Of a DNA stretch of 12,611 bases, positions 1-7,790 are shown in pieces. Source of the DNA: Octopus sinensis (lineage: Eukaryota); the NCBI RefSeq assembly GCF_006345805.1, contig NW_021826500.1:1-12611 (forward strand), in the 5' to 3' direction. The translations under genes were made by a program, and so were the position numbers. Below the pieces are notes generated by a model, which did no database searches, was not told the DNA's origin, and saw nothing but the letters and a program-made list of their open reading frames with translations. Within the stretch, counting starts at the first letter, position 1. The number at the start of each line of letters is the position of its first letter.

Positions 1-28
1 TATAATATATTAATATATATATATATGA
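1..28. repeat. (TA)n microsatellite, imperfect
   Basis: TA dinucleotide run at the window start; probably the tail of the adjacent minus-strand SINE. Confidence 0.85.
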
Positions 29-32
29 TATT

Positions 33-172
33 GGCTTCTTCTAGTTTCCTTCCACTAAATGCACTCACAAAGTTTAAGTTGGTTCCGACGTATAGTAGAC
101 ACTTGTCAAATGTGCCACAGAATGTGAATGAATTGAGAACCACGTGGTTGCGACCAAGCTTCGCCTGCGCAC
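33..172 (-). mobile_element. Degraded tRNA-derived CORE-type SINE (octopus-like)
   Basis: ggcttcttctagtttcc..cactcacaaag..tatagtagacacttgtcaaatgtgccac..gaaccacgtggttg..caagct..cctgcgc resembles the reverse complement of an abundant octopus SINE. Family assignment is from recall. Confidence 0.65.
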
Positions 173-733
173 ACATAAATTTTTAATATGAAAAATATAC
201 TAAGAACTAAATAAACACGCAACTGATTCCAGGTTAAGATTCCTTAACCACATAATGTCACAAAGAATACTCACAATTGTAGGAAGCATATGCAAAATTT
301 AAGTTGGAATTGCTATTATATACTATCTCTAACAAGAAATACACTTCTTGTTAGTCTTCAGTATCTAGAATTTCTGTCGTGTAATGTCTATAATAATACA
401 TCAGCCGATATGCTCTTTGTGGTTAATTTCAGGTTGGTAAGCTTATTTAGCTGCGCAATCAACCCTCTGTTCACATTCTTCAATGATTTTGTAGGACAAT
501 CTCTTTTGTAAATATTCATGTCCGACAGTAGATTTGAGACAAGTTTTTTTTCCTTCACCTTATCGGTGCCAGAGTAGGTAAGAAACTAATTTGCTAAGTT
601 GAAGACAATTCCATCCCTAACTAAACTGTAAAAACTCATCAAAACCAAGCTAAGAAGGCCCCGAAAGAAGACCATAAGAATTAAGGCAATTTTTGAAAAT
701 AAAGAAAATGCTTTCAGTTCCTTTTAATTCCAG

Positions 734-832
734 CTCAATATACATGTAGAGATGCAATACTTTGGCGCATCTTCGGCATTGAATCCTGGTGCCTCTGGCT
801 GTTTCAGCTCATCGGTATATACCCTCATCCAG
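734..832 (+). CDS. Candidate 99-nt internal exon, unknown product
   Basis: Acceptor ttccttttaattccAG (732-733) and consensus donor CAG|GTGAGT (833-838). Length is a multiple of 3 and two frames are open: LNIHVEMQYFGASSALNPGASGCFSSSVYTLIQ or QYTCRDAILWRIFGIESWCLWLFQLIGIYPHP. No family recognised. Confidence 0.45.
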
Positions 833-1021
833 GTGAGTCATTCTACTTTGAACAAGTGCAGTACAGTATCGAAGTATTATTTCACTGATATCCACTGACG
901 CTTATTTTTAAATCTGAATTTCCAGCATTAGCAAATATCATTTTATGAGCATTTTGAATAATGAAATTCAAAACTTAATAATAAATCTCTGAACGAGGTA
1001 TAAACAGTAGCTGCACGACAA

Positions 1022-1337
1022 TGTGAAGTATATTTGCCACTTTTTCGAGATCAGTGACATTTCGTTACTGGAAAAAGGATATATGTATTTGCATTGGGAC
1101 CCCTTTGCATCGAAGACCGGTGATTGCCGTGCGCTGATGACGAGTAAATACTCAGAAACCCGGGTCCGTGCGTATCACGCCAGGTCGACGATCGGAAGGA
1201 TGGCTTCCCTTTGCAAATACTGATAGGGCAGAGAAAGTGTGTCAATAGCCAAATGGAGATGTTCTCCTGGGACTATAAGCTATAGTAGCATTCACCCTTG
1301 GTGGTTAGCCACATTTATGTGGCAAATATACTTCACA
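1022..1337 (+). mobile_element. Hammerhead-bearing structured element, copy 1 (retrozyme/Penelope-LTR-like)
   Basis: Contains a hammerhead at 1120-1178. Colinear homology with 4114-4405 in four blocks. Bounded by a perfect 19-bp inverted repeat (1022-1040/1319-1337). Confidence 0.75.
1120..1178 (+). ncRNA. Extended type I hammerhead ribozyme (HHR1), predicted cleavage after C1166
   Basis: GTGAT-TGC-CGTGCG-CTGATGA-C.GAGT(AAAT)ACTC.A-GAAA-CCCGGG-TC-CGTGCG-T-ATCAC. Core CUGAUGA 1134-1140, GAAA 1155-1158, GUC 1164-1166. Stem I has 6 bp (2 GU), a 3x1 internal loop and 5 bp. The pair closing stem II is a C.A mismatch. Confidence 0.8.
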
Positions 1338-1464
1338 AATTCAATAATGTTATCAAGACAATTCTTAAATCGCCAACAAAGCAGTCAATGGTGAAGGTTA
1401 TATATCCTTATACAAAAGCTAGCAGTAAAGTAAATTGCCTTCCCGGGTCGTATAATTACCATCT

Positions 1465-1700
1465 CGAGTCATACAGACTTGTAAGTAACGGTTTCTTGAT
1501 TTCCATGGCGTTTATTCTCCTCCACTGGGCACGACGTCTGTCTGTCGCAGGGTTCCTCATTTTTGCCAGCTGATTGGAGTGGGGTAACATGAAAGAAATT
1601 GCTATACTCAAAACCACAACGTGTCAGCCGCTCCAGGAATCGAAACCGCGATCTAAAAGTCATGAATCCAGCACCATAATCACTAAGCCACGCGCCTACA
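1465..1700 (-). mobile_element. tRNA-derived CORE-type SINE, older diverged copy
   Basis: Clearly homologous to 4496-4744 (ctcatttttgccagc..ggaatcgaaacc..cactaagccacgcgcct). Box A/B-like motifs on the minus strand. Confidence 0.85.
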
Positions 1701-2054
1701 AACGTTAGGTGTGCATTTATATATTATCGCATTTGCAATAAACAATATTTGAAGTGAAACAAATTCAATAGTTTATTCGTGGTATTTCATCAAACTCGGG
1801 TTACATCTGATAAAGAACAGATTCGAAATAGTCAAAGCCGCCAGCATTTTATAACTTAAATATCTGTTAAGCTCTCCTTTGTCGTTAAATTATGTAAATA
1901 TTGGAAAGTTGGGGTATTGCAAACGATATGTAAATAGCGACATCTACCATCTTGTTCAAGTCATGAAAGTGAATTCACAACCAGTCCCTAAAAGTATGAA
2001 TACGCTTTCATTGCTAACGCAAGACATAGATACATAAATATTTATATATATATC

Positions 2055-2215
2055 GGATCGGAGTGATATCGAGATTAAACAGCCGAAATTGCTAAGATGA
2101 TCCGGTTCCCGACTGAAGATTAGAGGCTTCGAGTGACCCGTCTTTTTTTTTGTGTCGTCTCTTTGTGTGTTTTTTGCGTTCTTGTACCACTTTGTAATTT
2201 ATAATTTATACTTAA
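2055..2215. repeat. Probable interspersed repeat fragment, unclassified
   Basis: CpG-rich ~160-bp block flanked by TA runs, resembling a recurrent octopus repeat. Recall only; no second copy in the window. Confidence 0.35.
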
Positions 2216-2222
2216 TTTCTAA

Positions 2223-2274
<52 letters not shown>
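2223..2274. repeat. (AC)n(AT)n compound microsatellite
   Basis: Read directly from the sequence. Confidence 0.95.
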
Positions 2275-2277
<3 letters not shown>

Positions 2278-2348
2278 TTGTAGTCCCAATGCTTTCTTTT
2301 TGCAGTATATTGTTATATCATCATTATTAATTGTTATTCTGTTTACAG

Positions 2349-2424
2349 TTTTGTCCTCTGGTCCGTCCACTCACGGTCTCGACTTGAGCCCGTCTCATTT
2401 CGTTATGCTTTGGTCCCGTTCTCG
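2349..2424 (+). other. Candidate 76-nt exon
   Basis: Acceptor ttgttattctgtttacAG (2347-2348) and donor TCG|GTAAGT (2425-2430). Two frames open; coding status unknown. Confidence 0.4.
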
Positions 2425-3462
2425 GTAAGTTTATTGCCGGTGCCGAGTGGAATCAATATTATCGATAATGGCCGAAATTGTGTTTGACTTTTTCTGGCCG
2501 ATAACTGATGAGGGGTTGGTGAAATCTTCACCTCAACAACGAACAATGACGACTGTTAAGGCGTCAGCGCTACCCAACACGTTTACTTCACAACCTCGAT
2601 TGTGGCCGACCTCAATTGTGTTCGATGTGGTCAGCATTGCTCGGAGCCGGCTCACTCCATACCACCGCAAATCCAAGAAAGTATGTACGCATAGTAAGAG
2701 GTATACTAATGGACATAATACCTTGCCCTGTTTAACACTACCATACATTACCTCCGGTGCCTTTAACAGTGTCCTCCAAGTTGCATGCATTTACGCCATG
2801 TCTCCGGTTCGAAGACACATCCGCCCATAGATCTCGGAATCTTTTTGCGCCCACAGATATCTGAAACTCAGGGAAGTATCACATAAACTGCCTCTCAATC
2901 TCAGTAAAACATAAAAGCATAACAAAATAGTTAAATAACAATCTAATTTTCGTTTTGGATAGAAATGATATCCAGTCTGACTAAATAATTTTATTTTTTG
3001 AAAATAAATTTATAAATCATAGAATTCCGGCTCCTGTACATGACAGTTTTGAAATATGTATACAACATAACGAATTACCTGATTTTGCCATAACACAATT
3101 TGCAATATATAGATAGTATTATTAAATTTCCGAAGAAAAAAAATATCATTTCGTTAATAAAATAGAATTTTAAATAAAAGTTGAAGGATATGAAAACGGT
3201 GCTGTAAGGGGAAAAAAATGTTCAAGCAAGAAAAAATTGTCTGTCCAAAACTTTCTCTATTAATAGATATTTGAACCTCACGAGAGAAACGTGTAGTATA
3301 TTAGAAATAAAAATTGGTTGCATAATTAAGTTTAAGTGAAATTTATGGTTATATGAAAAATGGTAGACACCTTGGTGTTAAAGTAAAAGTTAGTATAGAA
3401 ATATAACTTTCGGGTAATAAATTTTATGAATTTACCTGTAAGACGGAACACTTGTAAAATAT

Positions 3463-3540
3463 ATGTGTGTGTATGTGTGTGTATGTATGTATGTATGTAT
3501 GTAGCAATCTGTCTAACTATCTATCTATCTCTATATATAT
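3463..3540. repeat. (GT)/(GTAT)/(CTAT) compound microsatellite
   Basis: Read directly from the sequence. Confidence 0.9.
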
Positions 3541-3986
3541 TCTCACGTAACATATTGAAGCATGTTATCCAAGGCGAGCTATTCGTGCTTAGACGTCACG
3601 GCTTTAAGCATCACCTGGCATGCTGAAAATAGCAGACTGGATCTGACTCTAAAACGACATTAAGTGTTCATAGAGTACAAGGAGAGAAGACAAAAAGACA
3701 AAATAAAACTAGTAAAAAATTACTGGATAATTCTAGATCCCGGATTTCTGACTTTGCATTTAGAAATGCTTTGCCTCATCACTGGAATATACTCAGAGAG
3801 AAACATAAATACATATATATACACAACATACGAATACTTACATATACGAACGTATACATACATATATATGCACATAAGCATCATGACCAGTTTAAAATGC
3901 CCACTTCTTAATGTCATGTGCGATATGGTTAAAACATCCCCACAGTAAATACAGTGACGAAATAAATTTAAATTTATATGAATAAG

Positions 3987-4024
3987 GATAAGATCATTAA
4001 TTTAAATTAAATAATGATCTTATC
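3987..4024. repeat. Perfect 13-bp inverted repeat (hairpin)
   Basis: gataagatcatta (3987-3999) / taatgatcttatc (4012-4024) with a 12-nt AT spacer. Confidence 0.9.
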
Positions 4025-4081
4025 AAGTGGCCAGCATGGAAATAAATTCTTTATCCTTATATATATATATATCATAATAAT

Positions 4082-4465
4082 TCTCGCCCAGAGATTTATT
4101 ATTGTTTTCGAACAGATTTTCTACGCCAGTGACTGTAGTTACTGTGAAAATCTATATATATCCAGCCGGTAGAGGAAGTCCCTCAACGAAGAGCGGTGCT
4201 TACCATACGTTGACAAGAGGCAATAACCTCGAAACCGGTCCGTGTGTAGTATCCATATCTTCGGGGAGGCTGATCTCCTTTTGCTGGCTGGCAAGGACAC
4301 CGAGATGGTGTCAGCTCTTCTGGTGACGTCGATGTTCACCTGGGGCTAAATGCATCAGTAACACCCCCACCACCCCGCCCTGACCCTAGCCACATTCAGA
4401 TGGCTGACCCCTCTTATGTTATAGAGCAGTTACTGTTTATATCTCGCCCAGAGATTTATTATTGT
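4082..4465 (+). mobile_element. Hammerhead-bearing structured element, copy 2 (retrozyme/Penelope-LTR-like)
   Basis: Contains a hammerhead at 4196-4252. Bounded by the perfect 24-bp direct repeat tctcgcccagagatttattattgt at 4082-4105 and 4442-4465 (offset 360). Homologous to copy 1. Confidence 0.8.
4196..4252 (+). ncRNA. Extended type I hammerhead ribozyme (HHR2), U3:A8 core variant, predicted cleavage after C4240
   Basis: GTGCT-TAC-CATACG-TTGACAA-GAGG(CAATAA)CCTC-GAAA-CCGG-TC-CGTGTG-T-AGTAT. Stem I 4204-4209/4241-4246, stem II 4217-4220/4227-4230, GAAA 4231-4234, GUC 4238-4240. Confidence 0.85.
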
Positions 4466-4495
4466 ATATATATATAATAATAATAATAATAATGA

Positions 4496-4744
4496 ATGCG
4501 CCCTTTTAAAGCCTAGCCAGGCTCATCCGCCAGGTTTCCCGGTTTCTATGGCGTATGTGTTCCTCAGCTGGACGGGACGCCTGTCTGTCGCAGCGTTACT
4601 CATTTTTGCCAGCCGAGTGGACTGGAGCAACGTGAAATGAAGTGTTTTGCTCAAGAACACAACGCGTCGCCCGGTCCCGGAATCGAAACCACAATCTTAC
4701 GATCATGAAGCCGACACCCTAACCACTAAGCTAGGCACGTCCAC
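4496..4744 (-). mobile_element. Near-intact tRNA-derived CORE-type SINE with (ATT)n tail at ~4475-4493
   Basis: Minus strand reads Box A TAGCTTAGTGG and Box B-like GTTTCGATTCC, then a CORE-like ttgagcaaaacacttcatttcacgttgctccagtccac segment and a simple-repeat tail. Confidence 0.9.
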
Positions 4745-5260
4745 ACACACATACACACACACACGCGCGGACATTTATTTATCTAGCTGGGATTTATCTA
4801 TGTATCTCTCCCTATTTACATATATAGATATATATGTGTGGGTGTGTGGGTATAGGCACACACAAATACATACAAACACACACATACACATATTTATATA
4901 TATATTTATGCATTCCGTGAGTGTGTGTATATGTGTGAGTGTATGTATGCATGTATGCATGTGTGTATATACATATGTATATATGTGTGTGTGTGTGTGT
5001 GTTTGTGTGTGTGTATTTGTGGTGTGTGTTGTGTGTGTGTGTTACTGTGAGAGTATGCTCATTATTTAATTAACTTATTTATCTAGCTCTGCTTATCTAT
5101 CTATCTCTCCCTATATACATATACATATACATATACATATATGTGTGTATGTGTGTGTATAGCCACCCACAAATACATACAAACACACACACGCGCACAC
5201 ACCTATACACATACATACACACGCAGACACACACCCACGCACAAGCACATATTGTTATAC
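4742..5260. repeat. Mixed (AC)/(GT)/(AT) low-complexity tract containing a diverged ~300-bp tandem duplication
   Basis: ttatttatctagct at 4775 and 5075; cacaaatacatacaaacacacaca at 4861 and 5168. Confidence 0.8.
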
Positions 5261-5284
5261 ATATAGAAAAATAAAAAGAGAAGA

Positions 5285-5287
<3 letters not shown>

Positions 5288-5320
<33 letters not shown>
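5288..5320. repeat. (GA)n microsatellite
   Basis: Read directly from the sequence. Confidence 0.97.
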
Positions 5321-5323
<3 letters not shown>

Positions 5324-6133
5324 TTGATATAAATAGAAAAGGAAGCCATGTACACTATAATATACTGCATTAAATTTCAACGTATTTCAAGGCATATTAC
5401 ATCTCAGTTATCTTATGAAGAAGCATTCTATCTGGTTGTGTTTATAAATAGATTAAAAGAGAACATGCAGATTTTAATATCTGGCTGGCTTCTGCAAGAT
5501 TGCTTTAAATTAAAAATAAGATATGCACATCTAAAAATATGATTAGCTACTGCAATGTTGCGTCAAATTAATCTGCACGTATGAAAGCTATAATTAATTA
5601 TTGAATACAATTCGAAATATGTCAGGTTTGCGGAATTACGGAAAGAAATGAAAAAAGAAGCAGAAAATACAATCGCTAAACGTGAGATATCATTTTAAAA
5701 GAAGCGATATAAAAGAAAATTGGATTGGAAGAATGTATTTGACAAGGGAAAAGATTATGGGGGTGTCATAAACTGAAAATAAAGTGAAATAGATATATAA
5801 GATTTGGAATGTGTTTATTAATTCGTTTATGAATTTATCGCGAAACTATATTGTGTTATGTCAGAAAGAACAAGACGTACATTGACAGGATGTCAGCGAA
5901 TAATTATTGCTAATTACAATGCAAGTAGCTAAGACAGTAATCAAATATCGGAGCTGCTAGGTCACTATTTATGAGTGAACGAATATTTGATCGACATAAA
6001 TTAGCAGTATTTGAATATATTTGACGTTTGTGATCATAAAATCTGCTCTGCGGCCTCGATGTATCGCTCTCACTCGCATTCAGCGACAGCTTGTTCAAAG
6101 TGTTTCTATTATAAAATGGTAATGTGTGCGTGG

Positions 6134-6134
<1 letters not shown>

Positions 6135-6192
<58 letters not shown>
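6135..6192. repeat. (GT)n microsatellite
   Basis: Read directly from the sequence. Confidence 0.97.
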
Positions 6193-6193
<1 letters not shown>

Positions 6194-6266
6194 TATGAAG
6201 ATCACCAAGTAATACAGCAGTTGATCAGTTAAGAAAGAAAACTCATTACTATCAATTAGTAACAGG

Positions 6267-6490
6267 AGGCGGCAAGCCGTCAGTTTTGTTAGCCTGCCGA
6301 ACAAAATGCTTCGCGACATTTCGTCCGATTTCCCCTTTCTATGTCCAAATTCCGTCGGGGTCGAATTTGCTTTTCATCATTTCGGAGTCGATAAAATAAG
6401 TAGCAGTTGAGCAGTGGGGTCGAGGTAATCGATTTTACCATCCCTGAAAATTGCCGGCCTTGGGCCAAAATTAGAAACCATTAATAATTA
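6267..6490 (+). mobile_element. tRNA-derived SINE, second family, diverged copy
   Basis: Homologous to 8347-8560 and to the reverse complement of 10055-10273 (caaattccgtcggggtcgaatttgcttttcatcatttcggagtcgataaaataagtagcag..ggggtcga..taatcga). Confidence 0.85.
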
Positions 6491-6558
6491 GTAAGACAAG
6501 GTGGCGGGATGTCAGAATTGCAAGCATTTCTGTGATTTCTCGCAGCTTTAGAATGAAG

Positions 6559-6634
<76 letters not shown>

Positions 6635-6710
6635 TGTATTATATATATGTATTAAATTTATACTATGATATGTAAGTACGTACACACTTATATGTGTATA
6701 TATATGTGGC
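6559..6710. repeat. (TA)n microsatellite, interrupted
   Basis: Read directly from the sequence. Confidence 0.95.
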
Positions 6711-7344
6711 TATATTTGTAAGAGAGTGACTGAATGTGGACGTATGTATGATTGTGTTCATTTCTCAACACATTTTATTTTCTTTTGGTCGACATCGCCG
6801 CAACAAATTCCTTCTCAATTATCTGTGCTCCACCAAGTAATAGGCGTAATAAATGCAAGCGTCGATTTCATTGACGAAATCCTTCAACGCATTACTCAAA
6901 TATGCTCGTAATCAAAGGGATTTAAATCGTTAACAGAATAACAGAACATAAGTTTAATATCGAATAATGAAACATGTGGTTATAAAGAAGCAATAGTTTG
7001 AGGAATTTTAAATGATTAGAATAATAGAATAAAGGGTAAAACGTTTTATGTTTTATGAAATTATTACAGTTATGTGGATGAAAAGCGCAATTTGATATTG
7101 GTAATAGAGCGTTGCTTTATGCAGCAATGAATATTTTATTGAAGAAATTTTGTTATCTCAGTTCATTTAGAATAGAACGAATGAATATCAGCATGCAGCT
7201 GTTATTAATAATCTACTAATTTATACTAAGCAGTCGTAGTTGCGTATAAGCTAAAAAAAATTACCTATGTAGAAATTGAATAGGTTTAAAGAATTGTGGA
7301 GTTATGAAGGCTCCGTATATTCGAGATAAAACGAATTTTTTAAG

Positions 7345-7474
7345 GCTTCAAAAATATCTGGTAATTTCTCAATAGTAGGTTTTATGATTTCGGAATACAA
7401 ATTTGACAGCTTTTTCTGGATACAAGATATTGTAACAGACGAAATGTTGGCTGTTACTTTTAAATTGAGTTCTG
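7345..7474 (+). CDS. Candidate 130-nt exon, unknown product
   Basis: Acceptor aattttttaAG (7343-7344) and donor CTG|GTGAGC (7475-7480). Open phase-0 frame ASKISGNFSIVGFMISEYKFDSFFWIQDIVTDEMLAVTFKLSS, in frame with the first reading of exon 734-832. Confidence 0.35.
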
Positions 7475-7649
7475 GTGAGCCTAAAGGAAGAAATAATCTT
7501 TTCTGTTCACGTTTCTGAACTTGCGTATGTGTTTAGGAAAATTCACTTAAAGGTGTTTGCCGTTAAACTTGAATACTAAACAGAGGCCTTAAGATACATA
7601 GAGCGACAAAGACGCATAAAAAATAGGATCACAAAATAATTAATTTCAG

Positions 7650-7790
7650 CCTGTAAGGAACGAAGAGACTGAAATTACAGATAATGGTACTTCTGCATTA
7701 ATGATCCACGCTACAAATAATAGCCCTTCTTCAAAAAAAGGCAAAGATAGTCGGAGGCAATTTCTGTAGAATAAATATGGACATAATCAT
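7650..7790 (+). other. Candidate 141-nt exon (all frames contain a stop; terminal or non-coding)
   Basis: Acceptor taatttcAG (7648-7649) and donor CAT|GTAAGT (7791-7796). The longest frame PVRNEETEITDNG...SRRQFL stops at 7767-7769. Confidence 0.3.

Noticed and set aside
795-836. Minus-strand ggatgag-ggtatatacc-..-gaaac resembling a hammerhead
   Set aside because: Core and spacing are broken; better explained as part of the + strand candidate exon.
1255-1290. Second ribozyme (HDV-like) in the conserved downstream block
   Set aside because: The nested double-pseudoknot order P1-P2-P3-P1.1-P4 could not be built in either copy.
2113-2150. CTGAAGA motif in the unclassified repeat
   Set aside because: No GAAA and no hammerhead helices follow.
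2505-2560. CTGATGA followed by GTGAAA or GAAC: possible third hammerhead
   Set aside because: Stem II does not close onto GAAA, and no stem I or stem III pairing can be drawn.
2751-2860. Minus-strand AG..GT segment encoding ISVGAKRFRDLW.. or a Cys-containing short peptide
   Set aside because: Isolated, with no partner exons or recognisable family, and opposite to the other exon candidates.
3630-3800. Open frame ending ..RISDFAFRNALPHHWNIL, faintly like CR1/L2 LINE C-termini
   Set aside because: Similarity is too weak to support without a profile search.
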